A stretch of DNA of 64,000 nucleotides from Amoeboaphelidium occidentale (GCA_023515795.1 JALGPX010000041.1:1-64000), one strand, 5' to 3'; shown: positions 1 through 11,298, numbered from the stretch's first letter. Notes: generated by a model not told the origin, from the letters alone. Translations and numbers: made by a program.

Positions 1-1219
1 GTTCTGCGTTTAAAGAGAGTTGTTCCTAAAAATCGGTCTTTCAGCTATTCAATAAGTACTGATGGCATCTCGCTACATTTGAACTTGAAAAAACAGACTT
101 CAAAATCAGAATCTACCATTGATGAATTCGGATACAAAACAGATGGCTCCAAGGAATACTCTCCGGTGGATTTAAAATATAGGACTGTAGTTGGTATTGA
201 TCCAAACAGAAAGGACTTATTCATGGCTTATGATGGTAAACACAAATTTCAAGTTACGGGCAAAGAATGGAGACAAATGGCGGGTATTACAGCAGCAAAG
301 AAGAAACGAGAGAATTGGTTGAAGAAACGAAATGACATTGTGAATGCAAATTCCAATGTACCTACATCAAAGGTATCCCATGTTNTCTACTATAGATGAG
401 TTTGGATACAAAACAGATGACTCCAAGGAATACGTTCCAGTGGATTTAAAGGATAGGACTGTAGTTGGTATTGATCCAAACAGAAAGGACTTGTTTATGG
501 CTTATGATGGTAAACAGAAGTTTCAGGTTACTGGTAAAGAATGGAGACATATGTCGGGTATTACAGCAGCAAAGAAGAAACGAGAGAATTGGTTGAAGAA
601 ACGAAATGACATTGTGAATGCAAATTCCAATGTACCTACATCAAAGGTATCCCATGTTTCGGATCTACATAATCATTTCTTTTATCTCTTTGCTCATTTG
701 AATTTATGGTTTGACTTTTATGGTTCCAGGCAATGGAGGCAGTTGCGAAAGAGATCAAGTATCAAACGACAACAAGCTCTTGATTTAATAGTGAATCGGA
801 TTATTGGAAAGGCTGAGAGGAAATGGTATCTTGGTCACAAAGGAGTTAATGCTAAGCATAGCCGGTCATACAATAATGTGTTTGTTGCTTTTGGTGGTAG
901 TCAGTTTAGTAGTACTTCTCGTGGACATCATCCGATTCCTAGGCGTTCATTGATCAATGCATTGAAACAGAGAAAGATTCCCATGAGACTTGTTGATGAG
1001 TTCAGAACAAGCATGCTTTGTTGTAAATGCAAGGAACCGTTACCAAAGAGGGGAATGTGGCACGTGAAACGATATGATAACTGCAACATCTTTTGGAACA
1101 GAGATGTCAATGCTGCAGTGAACATCAGAGAAGTTTTCATCTCAGTGAATGCATCCAAGGGAGTCAGGCCAGGAAAATTCTCAAGATCATACAAATTTTG
1201 TAGCTCAACCAAAGCTTAA
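1..1219 (+). mobile_element. Fanzor (eukaryotic TnpB-like RNA-guided endonuclease), 5'-truncated by the window edge; internal duplication and frame break at the N at 385
   Basis: Frame 1 is open from base 1 (VLRLKRVVPKNRSFSYSISTDGISLHL, Fanzor1-type TDG motif). RuvC-I VVGIDP (D 473-475), VAFGGSQF, RuvC-II VDEFRTSMLCCKC (E 998-1000), RuvC-III WNRDVNAAVNI (D 1103-1105); stop 1217-1219. Confidence 0.9.
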
Positions 1220-1356
1220 TTGCGGAGGGTCTTACGGAGTACATTGCTATTTTATAGCGTTTGTTACATATACCGAGTTGAGTAGTTGGAATTCCGCGTA
1301 TTTCAGTCTAGTGCTGAATAACGTAGCACAAAAGTGCTGACTACTTAAACTCTCAA
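1200..1356 (+). ncRNA. candidate Fanzor omegaRNA scaffold / element right end
   Basis: Lies directly 3' of the Fanzor ORF. Stems: 1275-1287 with 1339-1352, 1299-1306 with 1314-1320, AGCAC-AAAA-GTGCT 1325-1338, GCTAT-TTT-ATAGC 1246-1258. Possible pseudoknot GCGGA 1222-1226 with TCCGC 1293-1297. Ends at TCAA 1353-1356. Confidence 0.6.
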
Positions 1357-1428
1357 GTCAAAGTTATCGCAAGCAAGAACACAAAAAACATCTTAAGCAA
1401 GCTACAATGACAAAATGTCTATTCAGTG

Positions 1429-2229
1429 TTAGTCTTGGAAGAAACGTCCATGCATTTCTGTAGACAAAACATTAACGAGAACCTCAACCGGAGCATTACT
1501 AAAACACGTCGACGGATACACGTTTGTCCCCCACTTTGGATGTTTCAGCATAGAACAACATCCGGTTTGATGGAATTCATACATTAACAAACGCTGCGAA
1601 GCATGAACATCAGGATAATAGGAAGAGCCTCGATTCCCAATGAATGGATACCCAGATGCCGGATCTGTAAAATCTGCCCAATATCCCAATGACCGCAGTC
1701 TGTGACAAAGAGTAAGAGCAAATAGAAAGAACTTCTGCAGCAGCAAATCCTTCTCATGCTCGATTTCTGGGCCAGTACCAACCAGATCATACTTGGACTT
1801 CTGGAATACAGGGATTACGTTTACAGGTAAATCTCTCTTGAATTCATCATTCCCATTTGTAGCTGGAGCGTAAAACTCTGGAAATATTTCCTTTAGTTCT
1901 GACTTAAACCTGCCGGGCGGAGGCCTGTGGACCGAAAATTCAACAGAGACTTCAACTACGTCACCACAACTTAATTCTCTTGTGAGAGCTTTGCGTATCT
2001 CTGTAATCGATTTAATGTACTTGTAAAGTTCCAGCGGTACCATTTCAGTGGTAGCTGTGCCTTGTTCTTGCTCTTCTTGGGTCATGCTCTCAGGATCTTG
2101 CCTAAGTAGTGAACGCTTAATCTTGTTGGTCTCCTCCAACTCAGAAGACGTATAAGAAAGCAGGAACTTGAAACGCTTCCGTAAAGGCGGCTGTAGAATG
2201 GACTTGTTTCGGTTGTTATCGGTCATCAT
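1429..2229 (-). CDS. MMADHC: MMADHC/CblD cobalamin trafficking protein homolog
   Basis: GYWADFTDPASGYPF and GCCSMLKHPKWGTNVYPSTCFSNAP motifs; first ATG at 2229. Confidence 0.85.
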   Translation of the reverse strand: MMTDNNRNKSILQPPLRKRFKFLLSYTSSELEETNKIKRSLLRQDPESMTQEEQEQGTATTEMVPLELYKYIKSITEIRKALTRELSCGDVVEVSVEFSVHRPPPGRFKSELKEIFPEFYAPATNGNDEFKRDLPVNVIPVFQKSKYDLVGTGPEIEHEKDLLLQKFFLFALTLCHRLRSLGYWADFTDPASGYPFIGNRGSSYYPDVHASQRLLMYEFHQTGCCSMLKHPKWGTNVYPSTCFSNAPVEVLVNVLSTEMHGRFFQD

Positions 2230-2684
2230 TGTGAATATGTCTCGAGAGGTCAAAGTTAGAAAACAAGAACCTTGTACAATCGATCTTGGATCTTATTTAA
2301 GCGCGGAAATCTTTAAGAGCAAGTAAAACAATATATTATATGAGCTATAAAAATTGATCTATTTCAGGATCTTTGAATATGATACTCTGTTTAGTCGTTG
2401 TGTTCATACAGAGATGCAAAACAATTAGTCGAAGTAAAGAGATCATGACCTTGTCATCATTTTAACCAGCCCACTCACTTCGGCTCTAATCCGTTCGTCT
2501 AAATATGGCGCTGTCGCAAACCCTTTTGACATCTCCGCCCGCTACATTTCTCTGCATCCGATCACCAGAACCTTAGCGCCGTAAAGGACTTCCCCTTCTT
2601 TTCCTTGAAACACGCATATTTTAATCCGGAATTAAAATTACCGTAAGTTCCGGTGATATTCTTGACTCATCATGTGTAGCACGC

Positions 2685-4056
2685 ATGTTTCGTTTTAAAG
2701 ATAACCCAGCGCCAGAGAGCCAAAGACAGCGCTCGAATACATTACAACCTTCCTCAGTTTATGCTTACAGTATGCCTTACACTCCTCCATTAACACCCAT
2801 TAAAACTTCATTTGGGGGTCAGTCGATGGTGTTTAATGATTCTTCACAATTGGGAGTGGCTGGCGCAACAAACGGTGGCTTTGAGCAAGTGGCTTCCGAT
2901 GGTTTCCTGTTTAGAGGTAGTGGTGGCGCAATTGGTCATTCATCAGGTGGCAACACTACGGCTGACTCGATAAGTAATCTTCCAAGTTTAGAAGATTTAC
3001 TGGGTATACCATCGGTTGGTGGCTCAGCTGATTGTGGCAATGACGAGAACATGGCGCCTAATTGTATGAATGGCATGTCATTGGATGTTGCTAATAATGG
3101 TGCCTCTGCTAATAACATCTCTGTCTGTGGTAGAGATGATTTGTTGCAAGACAATTTTGATTTTGCTGTTAATAGTTCTAACATGTCTGAGTCGTTACTG
3201 TTGAGCGGTAACGAGCAGTTCATTAATAATGGCTTAACCAATGCGCTGGAAAATTCGGATGGTATCAAACAGATGGCGGCCAAAATGCGTAAATATGGTG
3301 TCCCTAGAAGGAGGCATTCTATGTTGGAAACTTTGGCTCCATCGCCTGAGCTGTTAGCTACACATTACATGGCCATGCTTTCTAGTCCAAGAAGATCAAG
3401 TAGTTTGCAGAATGCTACGGGTAGTATGCGTGGTAATGGGGCTTATGATGACGCTGGAACGTTGTTGGGCCATGAACAAAGAAACGCTGATGATGAGAAT
3501 GGCTTTCCTCAGTTTCATGGGATTTTTAATGATTATCATAGTTTTAATGGCAGTAATTTAGATGGGATTTACTTGAACGAGTTTCAAGGGGTCAATGAGT
3601 GCAGTTTTGATTCTGGTTCTCAAACTGTAATCAGTGACGAATGTTCTGTCATGCAAGGATTCGATGGCAGGGATAAAAGCCTGTTTTCTGGTAAAACAAA
3701 AAGAAAGAAGCTTGAAAAAGATGAAGTAATTTTCAAATGTGAGTACCCTGGATGTGGAAAGACTTTTGACAAGTTGCAGAGTTTCAAGTCTCATGAAACT
3801 TCTCACTCATCCGATCGTCCTTTTGCCTGTTCTCAATGTGATTTAAGGTTCAGAAGGAACCACGATCTGAAAAGGTTTTGTTTTTACAATTGCACAACTA
3901 ATGTTTAGACACGAGCGCATTCATGCTGGATACAAGCCGTATATCTGTGTTGTTTGTAACAAGTCGTTTTTGCGTTTAGATGCGTTGAACCGACACATGA
4001 AAGTCAATAACGGACAAGGTTGTAAGAAAGGTGCTCCAAAGAGATCAAGCAAGTGA
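2685..4056 (+). CDS. C2H2 zinc-finger transcription factor (3 fingers, Crz1-like C-terminus)
   Basis: CEYPGC..H..H and CSQC..RNHDLKR|HERIH across the 34-nt intron 3875-3908, then CVVCNKSFLRLDALNRH; stop 4054-4056. Confidence 0.85.
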
Positions 4057-4131
4057 TAATAGGGGAATTAATGATTTAAATTTTCTCGTTTTGAAGAAAG
4101 GCAGTTAAGTGCTATTTTTAAACTTTTGATC

Positions 4132-5675
4132 ATGGAAAGTCGAGGACCTGTTGGATGTTGTCCGTTAGTGCGGAATATCAAGAAGGTTTCAAGTGGTGTT
4201 TAGGATGCTTATTGTTAGAACAAGGTGGCTCCTGCTCCCATACCCGCAGATCAGAGGATACAAAGAACAAACACATTAACTGATGTGGCCAAAACTCCTG
4301 AGCAGTATCGAAGTGCTAATAGTCTATCATGGAAATCGCGTCCTGGGACTGCCGCAAGTATGATCGCAGCTGTCAGAGATACCCTAGCGAAAGTGGTGAC
4401 CTTCAAACAACCAGAAGATTCATGGAAAACAAGAAGTATCAAAGCTGGCGAACTTAGAGTCTGGATAGGAACGTGGAATATGCACGGGAAACCACCTCCT
4501 GAAACTTTGGAACCATTCATAATGAAACCGAAGTCCTTGGATGAAGATCCTGATGTTTCCTACCATATTATGGCGATTGGAACACAAGAGTGTGAACGAA
4601 GCATCGAGAAGTCCGTGATATATCCCAGCAAAGGATTATGGGAACAGAAGCTGAAACAATATCTTGGAGATAGATACACTATGATAGATAGCGAAACGAT
4701 GGCTGCTATTCACTTGTGTGTATTTGTTCTTACACCTATGGTTCCTTTCATATCTAATTTGGAATCTGCAGTTGTCGCTACGGGGATCGGAAATGTTGTA
4801 GGCAATAAGGGCGGTGTCGGTATAGGGTTCAAGCTTAATCAAAGTGCATCATTCCTTTTCGTTACAAGCCATTTCTCAGGTAAAATTATCCGAAAGGAGC
4901 GGTTTTCTAATTTATAGCTCATCAAAAGAACGTGAACGAGCGCAATAATGACTTTGCACGGATCTGCAAAGAGTTGAAACTGAAAGGAAACACTTCGCGG
5001 AGCCATACTGGCGAGACAGATGTAACACGTAGATTTGATTACACTTTTTGGTTTGGTGACTTGAATTATCGAGTGAATGGAACTAGAAAAATGGTCGATG
5101 AACTCCTCGGTGACAACATGTTAGAAACGCTCTTAGCTAATGATCAATTGAGGCTTGAAATGGAAAAGGGCGCAGTGTTCAAAGGCTTCAAAGAACCAGA
5201 GATTACTTTCTTACCAACTTACAAATTTGACTTACCAAAGAAAGTTAAACGAGCATTCAGCATAAGCCAGAGAAAGCGTTCATCGTCTGGTGCATCAGTT
5301 GTAAATCAGGATTCAGATTCAGATTATGTCGCAGTTAGTCCTATTCAAGAAGAGGAATTATCTCGAGACAAAGCACATGAGTCTCTACATTCGCCAACCA
5401 AGACTAATCTGATACCAAAACGCTCAAACAGTGTTTACGATTCTTCAAAAAAGCAACGAATACCCAGCTGGACAGATAGAATATTGTTTAAAGAGGAAAG
5501 TATTTCAAGCCAAATCTGTGCCACAAAATACGATGCTTGTATGGATATGATGCATTCTGACCACAAACCAGTCTATGCAATCTTTAACATGGCTTTTGAC
5601 TGGAGAAAGGTTTTTGAGAACGAGGATTCCAAGAGAGCTCTTACTTCTCAAAAGAATCGCTGCGTTATACTTTGA
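4132..5675 (+). CDS. inositol polyphosphate 5-phosphatase, INPP5E-like, C-terminal CaaX (CVIL)
   Basis: GTWNM, GTQE, GNKGGV, FWFGDLNYR, PTYKF, PSWTDRIL, SDHKPV motifs; introns ~4186-4218 and ~4880-4917. Confidence 0.85.
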
Positions 5676-5700
5676 ATATTTCTGAATTTTTATTATCGCA

Positions 5701-8502
5701 TTAATAGAACCTTTTTGGCTCTTTCCATTGGTTGAACTCGATAAAGATAACTGATACGTTATCGGTACTTCCAAGTCTAAGGGCTTCATTAACCAGAGCC
5801 TCACTGAGACCTTGAGTTTTTCTGCCATTCTTAGCCAAGTACTTGTTGATGAACTTTCTCAAGCTATCATTGTCCATTACATCCCACAAACCATCACAAG
5901 CAAGAACAATGTATTCTTCATCACCTTGCAATGTGAACTCCTTGAAATCAGCTTCTGGGATAATCACCTTGTGACGGAAGTTTCCGAAGGCACGTGAAAC
6001 TGCAACAATACCATTAACACGCATAACTCCACCTTCTTCACTAACGAAGCCGCCCAACTTCTCGATTCTTTTCTTTTCACTCTAAAAATTAGTGTCAATA
6101 AGATTAAATCTTACATCATCTCCAGGCTTGTGTGGATCTACCAACTTGACATCTCTCTTCTTGCAGAACATTGAAGCCATTGAGTCACCGACCCATCCAA
6201 CAAGCAGTTTCTTGCCTTTGAAGACAATAACAACACCTGTACTACCAGCAGTATTAGACTGGTATAAACGGTCAGAATGTTCCTTCAACTCGTTGTTTGT
6301 GAACATGAAAGACTCAGCTAAAGCCTTCTTAGGATCAGTTTCAAGATCAGGATGCTTCATAAAGTTGACGTGCATATGTCTTTCAACATAATCAGCAACT
6401 GATACACCACCATGTCCATCATAAACAGCATAGTATGAGATTGGGTCGTCCTTTTTGTTTCGGCCAACCATCAGATCAATATAAGGCATGTGAACGTGAC
6501 GATCTTCCATAGTTGGTCTGATACCTTGTTTTGCACAATATTCGTATCTGGTGTGAACTGGAGGGGCGTCAACCTGTGGATTTTCATCAAATTGTTTGAC
6601 ATCTTTCAATAGATTTGCCTCGACTAAACGAGCTGCCTCCTTCTTGATTTTATCCATGTCATATAGCTCTGCTTGAGAAACGTGTTCAGGAACTCTTATG
6701 TCTTGTGGTCTTGACATAATATCTCTTGCCAGTTTCTTGGTTTCGGTTACAGCAAAGTAATCCCACAATGAAACATTCGGAAAGTTCCTTTGACTCTTGA
6801 AAACTGTTGTGACATAATGAGGATCAGAATAGATTTCATGTAAGACAACAGCATCAACAGTCTTCTCTAAGTCCTTCAAGAAAACATTCTCTGGCAAGGT
6901 GAAGGATGATGGCATGCCACCTGCAGGAGCATTGTGGTTCTCAGTAATGGCTGCAACAGCTGTTTTCCAAGTATTCCTGATCTCATTGATCCAGCTCTCT
7001 GTAGAAGATTTTTCTTGAACTTCAAAAATGTAATTCTTTTCCTTGTCAAAGTTGAAGCGAGTCTTAATCAGAATGCGGTTATCACCTTGCGGCAAAATGT
7101 CAAAGATTTCTTTGAATTTGAGTTCTCCGTCGATTTCTTGCCCGTTTGCGGTAGTGCTCCAAGCAATTCGAGATGGCTGGATGATGACATGTCTCTTTTG
7201 AGGTCTGCCTCCTTCTACTTGAACAACCAATACTCCTTCTTTCGATGCTTTGTTTGCAGCTCTATCGGAGACTGCTTGTGGAGAATTCAATTGAAGACTA
7301 GCACGAACTCTCTTCAAAATAAGAGGAGCCCACTCAACAATGTTCCTGTTGTTCTGATACTTTTTCAAGATATTATTCAGTGGCTCTTCTAGGCCAAAAC
7401 GTAATACTGCACGAATAGTATTGATGTCAAAGGTCACATTGTAAAAGAACCAGCAAGCAGCTTCAATTACAGGTTCCTTTGAATTGTGAACCATAATGGA
7501 GTTCTTTGCAGCTGGGAAAGCTCCAACGGCTGCAAATAACAACGAGTTGTCATCAGCAAGTGCCAAGTTACCCAATGTCCAACAGCTAGTTTCTGCTAGA
7601 CTTGCATCTTGAGTGTGAGAATTCATAGAGTTGACAATCAAGAATCCCATTTTCTCCATGATAGCTTTTCTTAAAGGTTCAGTAACAGTAAGATTTCTTA
7701 ATACCCAAATGACTTGTGTCTGGAATGACGCATCTTGCATATGACTACTTAGCTGTGATAAAAGAATATCAAGACCACCCTTGTCAGAAATCAACTGAGC
7801 ATTCACTTCAGCATAATTGATCAGAGCTCTAATTGCATCTTTAGCAGCAGGGGACAACGGATTCTCTTTCAAGAAACTCAAAATATGTTCTACGCGTGGC
7901 TCTTCTCCCTTGTTTGGGCCTTTTGAACGAGAATTACGGCTCAGAATAACCAAAAGTGAGAACAACTTGTCAATGCCAATATGTTTTTGATCTTTAACCA
8001 GATCGAACACCAAATCGATTAGTTCAGCATTGTACTTCAATGCAGTATTAGATTCAGACATTGCAATATTTCCGTAGAATAAGCAAAAGTCATGAATATG
8101 CTGACGATACTTGTCTCTCTGTTCAAGACCTAACGTCTTGTAGCTTGTCTTCAAAATCTTGGTCAATTCCGCGACATGAGCTGCCTTCTGCTCAGGAGCA
8201 AACTTAGCCGGAGTCAATGCTGGGTTTATCTGAGTAGGTAGAGCGTAGTTGATGTCAATAATGGCCGGAGTACGATCATTATCATTCATGCTCATATTGG
8301 TTGAGATCTTCTTCATATCCAGAGGATCATCAGATATTCCGTTTTTACTGTTGTCAGTAGTTTCGATGTCAGATTTATCAGATAAGCTTTGTGTTAATGA
8401 ACCATTGAATGATGTAGACGCTTTGGTATCAACACTGTTGCGATCATCTTGAACTAGCAACTTGTCCTTACTTGCGTTCGCTTTAGCTCCGTCCACTATC
8501 AC
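5701..8502 (-). CDS. PP2C/PPM phosphatase with N-terminal armadillo-like repeats and PH-like domain (5' end uncertain)
   Basis: RPTMEDRH, VYDGHGG, GSTG, WVGDS, HKP|..EKKRIE (intron 6082-6114), AVSRAFG, LACDGLWD, GSTDNVSV; ARM-like CWTLGNLA and WVLRNL; PH-like KEGVL...WINEI. Confidence 0.85.
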
Positions 8503-8747
8503 AGATCAGAATGCGTCTCGGTAGAATGCTTACTTTTCTTGTCAAAGCAGTTATATTCTTAAGATTAGAGTGAACATTGATACCAGAATGATTCTGATTG
8601 CTATAAATAGCACCAACAGAATGTTTCAGTTAGAGAAAAGGCATAACGCTCTCATAAACTTGCTGTAACAAAATCGCAGTGCACGTAGACGCTTGAGCTG
8701 GAGCTCTGCGAGATAAAATATACTAAATCTATATTGAAAGACAGAAT

Positions 8748-9539
8748 TTAGATATTGGTGGGCATCATGTGTTTGCTATTGTATACATGAGCGTACGCCA
8801 CGGACCAATACAAAAAGCCAAATACTGCACCAAGAGCTTTTTCTCCAGTAGTATGGAAATACATACATGTTACAATAAGCATCCAAACCCACAGAAATAA
8901 GATCACAGACACCAAACCAAGCAAAAGCATTTCAACCAAATCAATGGTCTGAGCTCTAGAGAATGCAGACGGAAAATTCAAAGTAATTCTGGACAGCCGT
9001 ATTTCTTCCAAGAGTATGAGTGATGAATGTATTAGCAAAAAGCAGTGACCAGAAATATCAAAATGGAACCACTGAAGATTATTTGTCAAGCAAACTTCCT
9101 TTTCAAGTATCGCAGGATCTCCACAGCGACCAAACGGCAAATGGGACGACAGGATATTCAGCAAAGAAGGACCAGAACTTAAAACGAACCAGTAAACGGA
9201 AGCTAGACCAATTCTCACAAGGGCATTTATCAAACGCTGTGATACTCTTAAATTGCCACTTATGGAAGATACAGAAAGTTTATAATGACCATAGCTCAGG
9301 TACAATACCAAAACAAATAAAGTCCATGCCCAACCGATTTTAACAAAGTACACATTCAATATATTCCGCTTGTTACCAAAGTAAGAATGAGGCTGTTCAT
9401 TCGAATATGAAAATATCGTAAATACCACAACAACTGCCAAATAGAAAAGGAACATAACCCTTTGATAGTTTCGGCTGTATGCGTTGCTGGTCTGTTGGAA
9501 TCGCTGCCAGATTTCGTCTGAAGCTTTTGGTTTCGCCAT
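8748..9539 (-). CDS. FIT family (FITM2/Scs3/Yft2) acyl-CoA diphosphatase, lipid-droplet biogenesis
   Basis: KRNILNVYFVKIGWAWT, FDISGHCFLL, TCMYFHT motifs. Confidence 0.9.
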   Translation of the reverse strand: MAKPKASDEIWQRFQQTSNAYSRNYQRVMFLFYLAVVVVFTIFSYSNEQPHSYFGNKRNILNVYFVKIGWAWTLFVLVLYLSYGHYKLSVSSISGNLRVSQRLINALVRIGLASVYWFVLSSGPSLLNILSSHLPFGRCGDPAILEKEVCLTNNLQWFHFDISGHCFLLIHSSLILLEEIRLSRITLNFPSAFSRAQTIDLVEMLLLGLVSVILFLWVWMLIVTCMYFHTTGEKALGAVFGFLYWSVAYAHVYNSKHMMPTNI

Positions 9540-9652
9540 GATCGTTGAACAGAGACAAAAAGCTTTCCGTTATAATTCACCATATAATACGACTTTAGAG
9601 TTCCGGAATCAAAATTCTATTTCGCTTTTAGCTTGAAACTTGCTCTGGAGCG

Positions 9653-9981
9653 TTAATAGTAACGTTCTTTCATTGCGCGATACTTCTACAAGAATGATCA
9701 TGTTTTGATTATGCGATCACTTACCCGTAACATGTACAGAGCTTCGATTTCCTTCTGGACATACTTTGCTCGATCTATTGCTTTCCTGATATCTTCTTCC
9801 TTGGTAAGATCTTTCTGCTTCTTGAATGCATTTGAGCATTTGGATCGAAAGTAATCATATCCCAAAGGATACTCTTTTCCCATGTGCAATAGCTACAAAA
9901 GAAAGAGTTTATTTAAATCCAATTCATAAGTATGGATGCCTCTTTATAAATCTTCAGAACTTCCCTACGGTACAGTGACAT
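9653..9981 (-). CDS. ETFRF1: LYR-motif protein LYRM5/ETFRF1
   Basis: Spliced product MSLYRREVLKIYKE|LLHMGKEYPLGYDYFR...KEIEALYMLR|KYRAMKERYY; first intron (9893-9939) has a GC donor. Confidence 0.85.
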
Positions 9982-10023
9982 TTCCGGAACAAAAATAGTT
10001 CTATTGAATGCGCTTAGTCGAGA

Positions 10024-10302
10024 CTACCGTTGCTGCGTGCCATCATCATCGATAATGCTGAGCTTCTTTGCTTCTTCTTCAGGGATTTCCGGTTCTTCGA
10101 GGTCCTTCTCTTTCTCTTCTTTCGATACGATCATGTCGTCGCCAAGCAGTCTTGTCAGTTCAGCATTGATTTGATTCTTGAACTTTATCAGTTCTGTCTT
10201 GAATGTATTCACAGAGCGCATATCTTCAACAGAGAGGGTCTTATCAGAAGATACGCGATATTCCTGTTCATTTATTTCGATAATGCCATTCAATTGCGCC
10301 AT
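10024..10302 (-). CDS. small acidic protein, possibly Gon7-like (KEOPS)
   Basis: About 92 aa; FKNQINAELTRLL followed by an acidic tail loosely resembles Gon7. Confidence 0.35.
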   Translation of the reverse strand: MAQLNGIIEINEQEYRVSSDKTLSVEDMRSVNTFKTELIKFKNQINAELTRLLGDDMIVSKEEKEKDLEEPEIPEEEAKKLSIIDDDGTQQR

Positions 10303-10325
10303 GATCTTTTCGTCTGAAAGAAATC

Positions 10326-11298
10326 TCACGAATTTGTAAATTTTGGATTCCTTTTCTCTCCAAAGGCCTTCATTCCCTCCTTCTGATCATTCAATGCGAA
10401 AGTGGACTGGAAGAGTCTCCTTTCAAAGTGTAAACCCTGTTTCAAACTGACTTCGTATGCTACAATCATTAGATTCTCTAGTAATAATGAACTTACAAGT
10501 GTTAACAGCTTCCTTACACATTTGCACGACAGGAAGCGAGTAAGAAGCAATCAATTCTGCAGTCTTTACTGCCTCATCGACAACCTTCTCTACAGGGAAT
10601 ACCTTTGAAACAAGCCCAGCCTTCTCAGCTTCTTGTGCAGAAATTTGTTCACCAGTCAAAACCATTTCCATAGCTTTGCTTTTACCAACAGCGTGTGTCA
10701 ATCTCTGACTTCCACCTGCTCCCGGAATGGTTCCCTTTAAACAAAATTAGTAAACAGAGAGTAAACATACCAACTTAATCTCTGGTTGCCCAAACTTTGC
10801 CTTCTCACCAGCATAAATGATATCACACATCATTGCAAGTTCACAGCCTCCGCCCAAAGCGTAACCATTAACAGCAGCAATAATTGGCTTGCGGAAAGAA
10901 GCAACACGAGTCCAGTGCCCAAGGAAATCATACTTGTAATTATTAGAGTACACAGTCTCACTCATTTCCTTAATATCAGCACCAGCTAAACAGTAACACA
11001 ACCGATTATCAGGATTCTATGTGTGAAACAGATTACCAGCAAATGCGCGCTCTGAACCAGTCAAAACAACAGACGCAACTTCATCATCATTCTCAAACTC
11101 ATCCAAAACAGAGCCGAGTTCTGTCATGAGTCCATTTGAAAGCGCATTAAAAGCTTTTGGTCTGTTCAATTGAATAATGAAAACTTTTCCCTGTTGGCTC
11201 AACTTTAGAAATTCATAATTCTTTGCCAAAGCATTTTTCCCAGTCTGAAGGGCTGAACTGAAACTGAAATTTCTACGGAACGTCAACAAATTCATCAT
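10326..11298 (-). CDS. ECHS1: mitochondrial short-chain enoyl-CoA hydratase (4 exons)
   Basis: [67 protein letters not shown]. Confidence 0.92.
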
